Shown here one piece after another: positions 9,739 to 22,060 of a stretch of 64,000 nucleotides of DNA. How positions within the stretch are numbered: position 1 is the first letter of the stretch; every line of letters starts with the position of its first letter. The DNA is taken from contig CAVWBO010000007.1 in the NCBI GenBank assembly GCA_963753185.1, forward strand, positions 1,537,140 to 1,601,139. The letters are read 5' to 3'. The notes under the pieces were generated by a model. The model did not search any database and had not been told where the DNA came from. It saw only the letters and a program-made list of their open reading frames with translations. This DNA comes from an uncultured Acidimicrobiia bacterium (GTDB taxonomy: Bacteria > Actinomycetota > Acidimicrobiia > Spongiisociales > UBA5794). A program made the position numbers and the translations under genes.

Positions 9739-10116
9739 TCGCCCCGGGCGGATGTTCCTCGCACGTAGGGCCATACGCACGGCGAGACCGGCGAGAACGA
9801 GGGCGAAGATTCGTCGCAGGAGCGCCTCGTCGACCAGATACGCGACCTGCGACCCGATGAGAGCACCGGCGATGCCAGCTGCGCCGGTGAACAGGGCGAC
9901 CCTCCAGACGACCCGGTTGGCCCGCATGTGACCGATCGTTGCGATGATCGCCGTCGGGACGATCACAGCAAGGGAGGTTCCCTGTGCATCGAGCTGCGAG
10001 AAGCCGAACACGGACACCAGCACGGGCACGAAGATGATCCCTCCGCCGATGCCGAGCGATGCGGCGAACATGCCGGCGACGAGGCCGAGAACGACGAGGC
10101 CGACGATCTCGATCAC
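9721..10116 (-). CDS. TauE/SafE (DUF81) sulfite-exporter-family protein, C-terminal 4-TM half
   Basis: It contains the SLGIGGGIIFVP repeat motif. Its GTG start overlaps the stop of the upstream half gene (GTGA). Confidence 0.55.
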   Translation of the reverse strand: MIEIVGLVVLGLVAGMFAASLGIGGGIIFVPVLVSVFGFSQLDAQGTSLAVIVPTAIIATIGHMRANRVVWRVALFTGAAGIAGALIGSQVAYLVDEALLRRIFALVLAGLAVRMALRARNIRPGRSVEPS

Positions 10117-10478
10117 AGCGCCATCCGAATCGACGAGACCAGCATCACTACGGAGAAGACCCCTGCGAGCACGTGCTCGGGTACCCGTTCGAGGTAATGG
10201 GCACCGACCCATGCACCGATGCCAGAGCCTGCGAGGATCACGATCGCTGACGGCCAGTCGACGGAGCCCTTCGTGCCGAACGCGATGAGCGCTGCGGCAG
10301 CGGACATGACGATGGTGGCCGAGGACGTCGCCGTGGCGCCGTACTGGTCCATCCTCAGGATGAGCACGAGACCCGGCACCACGATCACCCCACCACCGAT
10401 GCCGAGAAGTCCGGAGGCGAAGCCCGCGACGACGCCGATGAGAATCGCCTTCAGCCACGTGGGTCCCATCCGACGCAC
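10113..10478 (-). CDS. TauE/SafE (DUF81) family protein, N-terminal 4-TM half
   Basis: It contains the LLGIGGGVIVVP motif and is 121 aa long. Confidence 0.6.
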   Translation of the reverse strand: MRRMGPTWLKAILIGVVAGFASGLLGIGGGVIVVPGLVLILRMDQYGATATSSATIVMSAAAALIAFGTKGSVDWPSAIVILAGSGIGAWVGAHYLERVPEHVLAGVFSVVMLVSSIRMAL

Positions 10479-10522
10479 GGTAGCGGTGCCCGGTTTGTGA
10501 CCTCCGTCGGTACGCTTCCCGT

Positions 10523-11182
10523 GTGTTCCGCATGCTCACCCTTGTCGTCGCTCTCGCGACCATCGCGCCCGCATGCTCGGGCGACGATGCCGATCCCGGT
10601 GGTCAGGACAGCCCTGAGCGTGCCGTCGTCGCATGGTTCGAAGCGATCGACGCGCGGGATCCCGCGGCGGCCGCTGACACCGTCCACAACGGTTCGTTGA
10701 CGCTCATCCTTGCGATCGAGAATGACCTCGACGAGGCGACCACGGCGGACTACCTCGAGACCGGGGTGCCGATCGGGGTCCATGCCGCGTACTGGTCCTC
10801 GTTCGCGGAAGGCTTCAGCCAATTCGCGTCGCGACCCGTGTCGACGCTCACCGTCGGCGAGAGCGAGCTCGTGGTGGGAGGAGGGCAGCAGTTCGCCCGA
10901 GTCCCGATCACGGGCGGACAAGGGGTGTCATCGGTCGTCTTCACCCGTCAGCACCCCGACGGGTCGTGGGAGGTCGACCTCGTCGCGACGCTCGCTGACG
11001 GGTTCTCGAGTCTGTTGGTCGACAGGTACGACAGGCTTGGCGCGAGCGAGGATGCAGCGGTCATTCGTGCCGCGTTCGTCGACATCGTCGCGCCGGCGAT
11101 GTGGGCAGCGATCGCTGACGGGGCATTCGGAGAGGACTTCAACCGTATTGCCCTCACGCTGATCGGCCAGATCGAGGCCTGA
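10523..11182 (+). CDS. Secreted protein or lipoprotein of unknown function
   Basis: It has a signal peptide followed by Cys (LVVALATIAPAC/SGDD). Confidence 0.45.
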   Translation: MFRMLTLVVALATIAPACSGDDADPGGQDSPERAVVAWFEAIDARDPAAAADTVHNGSLTLILAIENDLDEATTADYLETGVPIGVHAAYWSSFAEGFSQFASRPVSTLTVGESELVVGGGQQFARVPITGGQGVSSVVFTRQHPDGSWEVDLVATLADGFSSLLVDRYDRLGASEDAAVIRAAFVDIVAPAMWAAIADGAFGEDFNRIALTLIGQIEA

Positions 11183-11195
11183 GCGGCGTACGGCC

Positions 11196-12182
11196 TCAGC
11201 CCAGCGAACGGAGCTCCGGGAGCACCTCGGATCCGAGCATCGCGATCGTTGCGTCCTGATCCATCGACGTCGTCTGGATCGCAACGATGTCGGCGTGGAC
11301 CTCGGTGATGAGCGGTGCGTACACCTCGACGTAGTCCGCAGCGGAGTCCACGCGGCTGTAGCGATCGAGGATCTCATTCCGTGGCATGGTGTCGGCGCGC
11401 ATGCGCAGATCCATGGGGTCGACCGCCTCGAGTCGTCCCGGGGCGCGCAAGCCCCTCCACGCACCGAGCGTCGTCCACGCGTCCTGATCGTTCGACGCCC
11501 TGATCGTCCAGCGTGATGCCAACACGGTGGGCGCTGTTCGACCGGCCTCCGCGGCGGCGGATCGAGCAGGTGTGATGACCCGCTCGATTGTTTCGGCAGG
11601 GTCCTTCACCGAGACGATGACCCCATCGGCCTTGGTTCCTGCGAGCACCGCAGACTTCGGTCCACCTGCCGCCATGAGGATCGCCAGGTCGTGGACCGGC
11701 GGGCTGTACAGCTTCGCACGATCCGTTGAGTAGTACGTCCCGTCGTAGGTGACCTTCTCCCCGTCGAGGAGTCGACGCATGATGTCGAGCGCCTCGCTCA
11801 TCCGAGCGGCGCGCTCGGAGTAGTCAGGGAAGTGATAGCCGAGGGGGCCCTCATTGAGGTTCTCCCCGGTCCCGACGCCGAGGCTGAACCGACCGCTCGA
11901 GAGGCGATCCAGGGTCGCCGCGGCCTGAGCCACCACACCGGGGTGGAACCTCCACAGGGGGGTCGTCACGCCGGTGACGAACTCGACCCGCTCCGTGGCC
12001 TGGGCCATGGCGGCGATCGTCGCAAACGCGAATCCGGATGCCCCAAGGTCGTCGACCCACGGGTGGAAGTGTTCCGACACCTCCACCATGTCGAATCCCG
12101 CTTCCTCGGCGATCACTGCGTGGCGTACGAGCTCCTCCGGCTGGAACTGTTCGTGGCCGCAGAAGTAGGCGAATCTGGTCAT
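11196..12182 (-). CDS. LLM-class F420-dependent oxidoreductase (luciferase-like monooxygenase family)
   Basis: It has an F420-dependent G6PD-like TIM barrel (GVGTGENLNE, FHPWVDDLG). Confidence 0.8.
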   Translation of the reverse strand: MTRFAYFCGHEQFQPEELVRHAVIAEEAGFDMVEVSEHFHPWVDDLGASGFAFATIAAMAQATERVEFVTGVTTPLWRFHPGVVAQAAATLDRLSSGRFSLGVGTGENLNEGPLGYHFPDYSERAARMSEALDIMRRLLDGEKVTYDGTYYSTDRAKLYSPPVHDLAILMAAGGPKSAVLAGTKADGVIVSVKDPAETIERVITPARSAAAEAGRTAPTVLASRWTIRASNDQDAWTTLGAWRGLRAPGRLEAVDPMDLRMRADTMPRNEILDRYSRVDSAADYVEVYAPLITEVHADIVAIQTTSMDQDATIAMLGSEVLPELRSLG

Positions 12183-12249
12183 GGATGAACCTCGTCTCGG
12201 GGTCCGCCCAGCCTAGGTGGCCATTGGCTCGCAGGTGGCAGCACGTCGA

Positions 12250-14595
<2,346 letters not shown>

Positions 14596-14724
14596 TCAAG
14601 ACGAGGAGTGCACACCACACATCGCGTGGCGGGTGGATCACCGGAAGAGCGCCGACGAAACCTCGGTGGCCTCCGCGAGGTCGGAGTTCTGGGCAGGGTT
14701 CACCCTCGACGATTGGGAGGATTC

Positions 14725-15411
14725 ATGACGGATATCAGGAAGCTCGCTGCCGAGATGCTCGGGTCGTACGTCCTGGTGCTCATTGGGTGCTCGGCGATTC
14801 TCGCCGCAGGAGCCAGTGGTGCCACGACGGCGATCGTGCCGATCGCCCTCGCGTTCGGCCTCGCCCTGCTCGTGGGCCTGTACGCCTTCGGGGAGGTCTC
14901 CGGGGGCCACTACAACCCAGCGGTTTCGCTCGCGATGTTCATGGACCAGCGCATCGACGCCATGACGATGCTCGGCTACTGGGTCGCCCAGGTCGTCGGC
15001 GGCGTCCTCGCAGGGGCGACCATGCTGGTCGTGGCGACGCGGGACCAGGTTGCGAGCACGGCGACCACGCTCGGCGGAGGCGTCGAGGTGTGGGAAGCAT
15101 TCCTCCTCGAGATCGTATTCACGGCCATCTTCTTGTTGGTCATCCTCAAGGTGACGTCGAGCGCGGCTTCGGCTCCGACCGCCTTCCTGGCCATCGCCTT
15201 CACGCTCACGGCGATCCACCTCGTCCTCGTCCCATTCACCGGCACGTCGGTCAACCCCATTCGATCGTTGGGTCCGGCACTTGTGGGCGGCGTGTGGTCA
15301 GACCAGTGGATCTACTGGGTCGCACCCCTCATCGGCGGCGCCCTGGGGTGGGCTATCCACCGATTTGTGGCCGGTGGACATCACGAGGAAGCAGCTGCAT
15401 CCACGTCGTGA
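14725..15411 (+). CDS. MIP-family channel (aquaporin or glycerol facilitator-like)
   Basis: It has six TM helices. The first NPA box is GGHYNPAVS. The second is a variant, SVNPIRSLG (NPI). The RBS is GGGAGG. Confidence 0.9.
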   Translation: MTDIRKLAAEMLGSYVLVLIGCSAILAAGASGATTAIVPIALAFGLALLVGLYAFGEVSGGHYNPAVSLAMFMDQRIDAMTMLGYWVAQVVGGVLAGATMLVVATRDQVASTATTLGGGVEVWEAFLLEIVFTAIFLLVILKVTSSAASAPTAFLAIAFTLTAIHLVLVPFTGTSVNPIRSLGPALVGGVWSDQWIYWVAPLIGGALGWAIHRFVAGGHHEEAAASTS

Positions 15412-15440
15412 CCCGTGTAGCGGGCCTGGTGCCTGCGCGT

Positions 15441-15470
15441 TTGAGGGGCCGCCCTTCGGCGGCCCCTCAA
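15441..15470. terminator. GC-rich hairpin that probably terminates both aqp and rnpB
   Basis: TTGAGGGGCCGCC-CTTC-GGCGGCCCCTCAA has a 13-bp perfect stem. It lies between the aqp stop and the rnpB 3' end and has no T-tract. Confidence 0.5.
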
Positions 15471-15473
15471 ACG

Positions 15474-15889
<416 letters not shown>

Positions 15890-15929
15890 ACCACAACGGT
15901 AGCGGCGAGGCCAACTACCGGTGAGCGGA

Positions 15930-16280
15930 TCATCGACGACGGAGTGCCTCGGCGATGAAGCCTCCTGCGGATCCGAGGACGAGGGAGATGATCCCGAAGA
16001 ACACGAGGGCGACACCGGTCAGCGAAGCACCCGAGATGATCGCAGTGGTTGCCAGTCCGAAATAGAGCACGAGCCCCGCAAACCCACCCGCTGCCACGGC
16101 TCCGACCAAGGACAGCCGGCCAGCGATGAACCCCGCCACCACGAACGCGATGAGCTGTGCCAGAGCGAGGAGGACGGCGCTCGAATCCGGTCCTCCTGCG
16201 AGAGCAGCGAGGCCGAGTCCCAGGATGAATCCACCACCGGCGCCAAAGAGGATGCCGCTCCAGTTGAGGGAGCGAATCAT
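15930..16280 (-). CDS. Small Gly/Ala-rich integral membrane protein, 3-4 TM
   Basis: It is hydrophobic throughout and sits 4 nt downstream of the GGCT-like gene. Confidence 0.4.
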   Translation of the reverse strand: MIRSLNWSGILFGAGGGFILGLGLAALAGGPDSSAVLLALAQLIAFVVAGFIAGRLSLVGAVAAGGFAGLVLYFGLATTAIISGASLTGVALVFFGIISLVLGSAGGFIAEALRRR

Positions 16281-16284
16281 GGTG

Positions 16285-16794
16285 TCAGAGCCCGGATCCG
16301 AGTCGCTCCTCGAGCCCGGCGATCCAGCCAGCGGGAAGACTCCAATGGCGCGACCCTCGCACCATGATCGTCACGTAGTCCCTCGATGGAGCCAAGTCGG
16401 TCGATTGCCCGTCGGCTCCCACGTGCGTGAGGACCCTGTGACGCTTCCCCGTGCGGTCCATCGCCTCAACGGTCCGCTCCACCCTGCCCTCGTCGACCTC
16501 CACCTCGTTCAGCAGCGAACGTTCGGCATCGGGAACCGAGTAGACGGCCCCCCACACGGTGCTTCCGGGCTCGGGTCGCGCTGTCGGGAGGCCACCGCCC
16601 CACCCGTTACCTGTGAGGGGGAATTCGAGTCCCCATTCCGGTAGGTGCGCGATGAACTCGAAGGTGGCGTGCGGGCAGACTTCGGCCATACGATCGGGCG
16701 CGATCCGGGCGGTGTAGGCGAAGTACAGCAACTCGTCCTCCGTGCTTGTCGGTCGTGAGTGTAGAGGGCGATGTGAGGGGAACCTCGAGGGCAT
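16285..16794 (-). CDS. Gamma-glutamylcyclotransferase (AIG2/GGCT-like) family protein
   Basis: It has an ELLYFAYxxxIAPDRM N-terminal motif and a conserved Glu in VEVDEG. The start was chosen at an internal Met. Confidence 0.6.
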   Translation of the reverse strand: MPSRFPSHRPLHSRPTSTEDELLYFAYTARIAPDRMAEVCPHATFEFIAHLPEWGLEFPLTGNGWGGGLPTARPEPGSTVWGAVYSVPDAERSLLNEVEVDEGRVERTVEAMDRTGKRHRVLTHVGADGQSTDLAPSRDYVTIMVRGSRHWSLPAGWIAGLEERLGSGL

Positions 16795-16845
16795 GCCCGA
16801 TCGTCGTAGGTGCACATACGAATGAACCTCCTGGAGATACACGAC

Positions 16846-17118
16846 ATGAACACCTTGGATGACACGCAGATCCTCGACATACTCGGGGTTCCCTTCGGTG
16901 AGGAACGACCGTGGGCGACCTTCGCCGCCTGCGTCACTGTCCCCGGCATGACCTTCTTCCCGCAGAACAAGAAGGAGGAGGCAGCCGCACTAGCCGTGTG
17001 CGCCGCGTGCCCGGTTCGGGTCGAGTGCCTCGGCCACGCGCTCGCGACGAACGAGCGATTCGGTGTGTGGGGCGGCACGACCGAGAGGGAACGCCGTTCG
17101 CTGTCACGTATCGCCTGA
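16846..17118 (+). CDS. WhiB-family transcriptional regulator
   Basis: It has four Cys (C..C..AACPVRVEC) and a GVWGG turn. Confidence 0.8.
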   Translation: MNTLDDTQILDILGVPFGEERPWATFAACVTVPGMTFFPQNKKEEAAALAVCAACPVRVECLGHALATNERFGVWGGTTERERRSLSRIA

Positions 17119-17227
17119 CTTGCATCCGCCACCCAATCCATTTCCCCGACACCCACTTTCCCGACGGAGTCGATCCGATCGGACGAGAATCATGTCAATC
17201 ACCTGGCCCTGATGGACATGAAGGGCT

Positions 17228-17791
17228 GTGGAACGCACAGCGAGGAATGGCAAGACGCGATTCGAGACCCTGTACGAGGAGTATCGACTCCCGGTGCTTG
17301 CGTACTGCGCAAGGCGTACTGGCTCGTCGGATGCGGCTGATGTCTGTGCCGAGACGTTCTTCGTGGCGTGGCGGCGTATCGACGACATCCCGGAACCCCC
17401 GAAGACGCTTCCGTATCTCTATCGCATCGCCGGCAACGTCCTGTCCAACCAGCTGAGGACGAGCCGACGGCGCCACCGACTCGTGGCGAGGCTGGCTGGC
17501 CTCGGCCTCACGCCATCCCAGGATCCGCTGAACGTCGTCGTCCAGAACTCGTTGGACGACGCGGTGGTGGCTGCGGTCCGTCGGCTGAAGCCTGCTGATC
17601 GGGAAATCGTGATGCTCGCTGCGTGGGAGGACCTTCCCAGGGAGGCGATTGCCGAGATGTTCGGGATGTCCAAGGCAGCGGTCGACCAGCGCATCCACAG
17701 GGCGTATCAGCGTTTGGCGAGGGTGCTCGGCCCTGCGCTCGCTCGCGAAGGGATGGAGTTTCCACCGATTGCCACGAGGGGTGAGGCATGA
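17228..17791 (+). CDS. ECF (sigma-70 family, group 4) RNA polymerase sigma factor
   Basis: It has sigma region 2 (YEEYRLPVLAYCARRTGSSDAADVCAETF) and region 4. It starts at GTG and has an ATGA overlap with the next gene. Confidence 0.8.
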   Translation: MERTARNGKTRFETLYEEYRLPVLAYCARRTGSSDAADVCAETFFVAWRRIDDIPEPPKTLPYLYRIAGNVLSNQLRTSRRRHRLVARLAGLGLTPSQDPLNVVVQNSLDDAVVAAVRRLKPADREIVMLAAWEDLPREAIAEMFGMSKAAVDQRIHRAYQRLARVLGPALAREGMEFPPIATRGEA

Positions 17792-19050
17792 CGCTCGACC
17801 ACATCGATCAGATGGTCCGCAGGGCGAACCCGGTGCCGGACCCGCATGCCCTCGAGAGCGTCATCGCGCCGGTGTCCATGATCAATCAGCACGGGACTTC
17901 CCAGATGCAGACCCAGAATCTCGTCAATGATCCCCCGACGAACGATCGGAGGCGGCGCGGTTGGGTCGTCGCCGTCGGTGCGTGCGTCGCCGCGGTGGCA
18001 GCGGTGGCAGCGGTGTTCGTCCTCAGCGCGCAGGACGAGGACCCGGCAGAGCCGGCGGCACCACCCACCACGGTCACACCCGTCGTGCCGACGACGATTT
18101 CTCCTGTGGTGACGCCGCCGGTGGGCTCGTCCCCGTTGGGCCTCGAGCTCGTCGGACTCGACGGCTCGACATCGAACCTCCGGCTTCCCGCCGACGCGTG
18201 GATGGCTGATCTGTCCCCGGATGGTTCGAGCATCGTCTTCATCACGGCGTCGACCGAGGTCGCGTTCTGTGGTGGGTGTGCCGAGGGCAAGGTGCAGCTC
18301 GCCATCGTACCGGTGTCGTCTGGTATCGGTCGCTTCGTGTACTTCGAGGAAGAGAAGTTCATTTCCATCGGGCAGCCATCATGGTCGCCGGACGGCACGA
18401 AGCTCGCATTCCAAGGGGACTACTACGGCAACCTCGACATCTACGTGGCAGACCTCAGCGCCGACGACGACGCAAGTCTTGGCTTCTTCGGTGTACCGAC
18501 GACGCGTCTGACGACCGATCCCGGCGTCGATGAGTTCCCTGCCTGGTCGCTCGACGGGACCGTGATCTACTACGACAACCTCGGTACCGGCACCGTGAGC
18601 TCCGGGATGGCAGACACGGGGGAGATCTGGAGCGTCCCGGCGTCCGGGGGCGAACCGACGAGGCTCACCGACAACGATGTTCCCGACATGCAGCCCGACG
18701 TCGGTCCCGACGGAAGGGTGGCCTACTGGTCCGGCGGCGAGATCTGGACCATGGCACCCGACGGCTCCGAGCAGCAGCACCTCTCGACCGTTCCGTGGGA
18801 CCTCGGCTGGAACCCTCGCTGGTCCCCGGACGGAACGAAGCTCGCCCTCCTTCGCTACGAACCCAGGTCCCCCAGGGCCATCTTCGAGCCAAACCCCATC
18901 CATGAGACGGACCTGCCCCCGATGGACGTGGTGGTGGTCGACATCGCCTCGGGCGAGGTCACCGACCTGGGCGTCCAGGTCGCCAGCTTCTACAACCCGG
19001 TGTCGTGGACACCGTTTGGCGATGTCCTCCTCGTGACTCGATACCGATGA
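17788..19050 (+). CDS. Putative anti-sigma factor. It has a short cytoplasmic N-terminus, one TM helix, a Pro/Thr linker and a TolB-like (PD40) beta-propeller.
   Basis: It is translationally coupled to the ECF sigma gene. It contains repeated SPDGxKLAF / WSPDGTKLA blades. Confidence 0.55.
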   Translation: MTLDHIDQMVRRANPVPDPHALESVIAPVSMINQHGTSQMQTQNLVNDPPTNDRRRRGWVVAVGACVAAVAAVAAVFVLSAQDEDPAEPAAPPTTVTPVVPTTISPVVTPPVGSSPLGLELVGLDGSTSNLRLPADAWMADLSPDGSSIVFITASTEVAFCGGCAEGKVQLAIVPVSSGIGRFVYFEEEKFISIGQPSWSPDGTKLAFQGDYYGNLDIYVADLSADDDASLGFFGVPTTRLTTDPGVDEFPAWSLDGTVIYYDNLGTGTVSSGMADTGEIWSVPASGGEPTRLTDNDVPDMQPDVGPDGRVAYWSGGEIWTMAPDGSEQQHLSTVPWDLGWNPRWSPDGTKLALLRYEPRSPRAIFEPNPIHETDLPPMDVVVVDIASGEVTDLGVQVASFYNPVSWTPFGDVLLVTRYR

Positions 19051-20123
19051 GCAACTCGAGACTGACGATGCGGTCGGCTGCTGTGGCGGGGATGGTGCTT
19101 GTCCTCATCGGTGCCGCCGTATTGGTTGGAACGATCGCAGCTGACGGAGACCAGCGATCCGCCGGAGAAGGTGGCGTGACTTCGACGCAACCGTCCGGTG
19201 CTCCGACAACGCAGGTGACGGAGCCTGCAAATCGAGGAAGTATTGAGCCCCGTGGCAACACCCTGCTTCCGGGGAACGGCGCGATCCTCTCCCTATCCGG
19301 AGGGGATGTGGCCGCCAGGTCAGCCGATGGGTCATCGATCCGTGGGCTTGCGCTCCCTCACGGCATCGGCGTGGATCAATCACCAGCTTGGGCTCCCGAC
19401 GGGAAGCGTCTCGCCTGGTCCTCGGACACGGGCACGTGGGTCATCGATACGTCGACTGGGACGGAGCGAAGAATCAGCGGTGTCGGCCGCTGGTGTGGGA
19501 TCTGCCATGTGGCGTGGTCCCCGGATGGCTCGCGAATCGCGGTGCTCGGAGTGGACCGCGTTCACCTGCTCGATGCCGTGACTGGTGCGTCGGTGGGGGT
19601 GATCGACCTTCCAGCGCTCGGCGCCGCCACCGGCCTCGTGTGGTCGACCGACGGCGAGTGGCTCATCCTCGAGGAACGGATCGAGCTCGAAGGGCAGTCG
19701 ACGGGACGTCTCATCGGCATGCACCCGGATGGAACTGGGCTCAACACCTTCTACGAGGGGGCGGTCGCATGGTCGTTCGCGTGGTCCAGCCAGGTCGGTG
19801 GCGTCATCGCGCTCACGGCCACGAACGTGCCATCAGATCTCCCCATCAAGCTCAACGTGGTAGCGATCCCCATTGACGGTTCGCCGGTCCGACATCTCGC
19901 CGAGGCTGGGCGGTGTTACTGCCTCGGGTTCATCCCCGGTCTCACGGTGTCGCCGGACGGAGCCGTGATCGCGATGAACGTCCCCGGTCCCGGGCCGAAC
20001 ATACCAGGTCAGGGCTTGTACCTGATGAACATCGATGGGAGCAATGTCCGACACCTCGGCCAGGCAGGGGACGGCGATCCGCTCTGGCAACCATTGCCAG
20101 CCACGCCGAATGGGACCCCATGA
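19047..20123 (+). CDS. Membrane-anchored TolB-like beta-propeller protein
   Basis: It has an N-terminal TM anchor (MVLVLIGAAVLVG) and PD40-like blades (WAPDGKRLAW, WSPDGSRIAV). It has ATGA overlaps on both sides. Confidence 0.5.
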   Translation: MSNSRLTMRSAAVAGMVLVLIGAAVLVGTIAADGDQRSAGEGGVTSTQPSGAPTTQVTEPANRGSIEPRGNTLLPGNGAILSLSGGDVAARSADGSSIRGLALPHGIGVDQSPAWAPDGKRLAWSSDTGTWVIDTSTGTERRISGVGRWCGICHVAWSPDGSRIAVLGVDRVHLLDAVTGASVGVIDLPALGAATGLVWSTDGEWLILEERIELEGQSTGRLIGMHPDGTGLNTFYEGAVAWSFAWSSQVGGVIALTATNVPSDLPIKLNVVAIPIDGSPVRHLAEAGRCYCLGFIPGLTVSPDGAVIAMNVPGPGPNIPGQGLYLMNIDGSNVRHLGQAGDGDPLWQPLPATPNGTP

Positions 20124-21702
20124 GGCGACGACTACCGAGGAAGCGACGGGACCAACGAACGCCTGAGCTCCAGGGGACTCGTGATCCGGCTGCCGTCCGG
20201 ATTCCGCTGGCGGTGGTACTCGGTGCGGTGCTCATCGCGTGTTCGCCGCAGCAAGGGTCGGGTCCGGCGGGCGACTCGCCGTCCACCACGGTGGCGGCAC
20301 CGACGACAACGGCGACGGCACCCGATAAGCGCCTCGAGGGCTTCTCCCCATGCCCGGGCGGGTACTTGACAGACTGGCTGTGCGGTACCGTCGATGTGCC
20401 GTTCGATCGCGGCGTTCCAGGAGCGGGGACCATTCCCATCTGGGTGTGGTTCAGGCCCCAGTCAGACCCATCCTTGCCAAGCAAGGCGCCGCTCTTCACC
20501 ACACCCGGGGGGCCAGGTGCACCGGGATCGGAGAACTACGCCATGGTCGACTTGCCACGCTTGTTGGGGGCCGATCGAGACTTCGTGTCCATCGACCCCC
20601 GCGGGACCGGCCGGTCAGGCGTCATCGAGTGTCCCGACCTTCAGAATGGTGTGCCCGACCGACCCGCCTTGTTGGCGGCGATCGAGGCCTGCGGCGAACA
20701 GCTCGGGGACGCCTCGGACCGGTACGGCGCTGCCGACCGCGCCCTCGACCTCGAAGCAGTCCGGGAGTGGTTCGGATACGAACAGATCGACTTCTACGGA
20801 CCGTCGTACGGAGGTGTCGACCTACAGGCCTATGCCTCCCGATTCCCTCTTCGGCTCAGGGCTGCCGTCATCGACAGCGGATTCCCCGTCAATGATCCCA
20901 GATTCCAGACGGCGCTCGGATCGACGGTCGTTCCCTGGTGGTTGAAGTACATCGATCGCGTTTGTCTCAGACGATGCGGAGTGTTCCCGACCAGACCGAA
21001 GATGCGAGCGGGGTCCTCTCCAGATTGGTCGTTCGGGCTGGGGTCGAACCCATCGAAGGAGTCGCCGCAGACGGCACCGTCGTGCGTGTCGATCAAGAGT
21101 TCCTGGCCGAGGCGGTATATGAACTGGACATCGCTCCTCTCGTCGTCGCGGCGGTCGCGGACGAGGGCGGGAATTCCCAACCACTTCTCGACTATGGAGC
21201 CGAGCACCCCCACTGGTACCAGGCGGGACTCGGCGATATCGAATGGTTCTCCGGCGGCGCGAACCTCTCCGGATGGTGCAACGACCAGGACGATCCCTAT
21301 GACCTCAACGACCCGGTCGATGTGCGCCGTGAGAAGCTCTATGGCGCCCTCGCTGCATTGCCAGAGGATGTCTATGCGCCGTGGTCCAAGGAAGCGACAC
21401 AGTTCTACAGCGGATTCGACCAATGCGTCGAATGGCCCTCTCCGGACGACCGCTCCGAGCCGGCGCTTCCCGACAACACTCCGACGTCAGCCTTTCCCGT
21501 TCTCGCCCTCTCCGGTGAGCTCGACCGGTTGGTTCCCACCGAAACCAGTCGCCGTCTCCTCGAGACCTATCCGGATGCCTCCTTCGTCATCGTGGCCGGC
21601 GCCGACCATCCCACCTTGTCGAGCGGTTTGTGCGTCGCCAATCTCATCGCCGACTTCATCGAGACCCTCGAACCCCTCGGTGAGCGGCAGTGCGATGGAT
21701 GA
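20120..21702 (+). CDS. S33-family alpha/beta hydrolase (tripeptidyl-aminopeptidase-like) lipoprotein, frameshifted
   Basis: The N-terminal part carries a lipobox (LIAC) and the motifs FTTPGGPGAPGS and IDPRGTGRS. The C-terminal part is in the +1 frame (DQTEDASGVLSRLV...ALSGELDRLVP). The two join near 20986-20990 (CCCGA), consistent with a 1-nt deletion. Confidence 0.65.
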
Positions 21703-21958
21703 GCGCGGGCGGCGTGTACCCAACCGGAGTCCCGTGACCTGTCCGTGGAGCGATGGCAGATCAACCGTTCCGTTCATCATCGGGGACGGCACTTCCCTCG
21801 TGCATCACGTGATTCTTCCCGGCTTCCACGAGCGGCTCTACCTCCTCGAATGGAACGGAGGCAACGTGGTGATCGAGGTGGGTCCTGAAGGCGCGCCGCT
21901 CGATGAGTACCTGACCGAAGTCCTCCCGATCATCGAGAGCCTCACGTTCGGCGCGTGA
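21695..21958 (+). CDS. Hypothetical small protein (about 87 aa)
   Basis: The ORF begins ATGGATGA, overlapping the hydrolase stop, and has good codon periodicity. No similarity was recognised. Confidence 0.25.
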   Translation: MDERGRRVPNRSPVTCPWSDGRSTVPFIIGDGTSLVHHVILPGFHERLYLLEWNGGNVVIEVGPEGAPLDEYLTEVLPIIESLTFGA

Positions 21959-22060
21959 GTCACGAGCCGAGTGTCGTCCGAGAAGTCGCTTCCTGCTGTT
22001 CGCGCCGCTCGAGTCGGGCCGCCGGTACCTAGCATCGGGTGGTCGTGAAGGCTCCTACCC

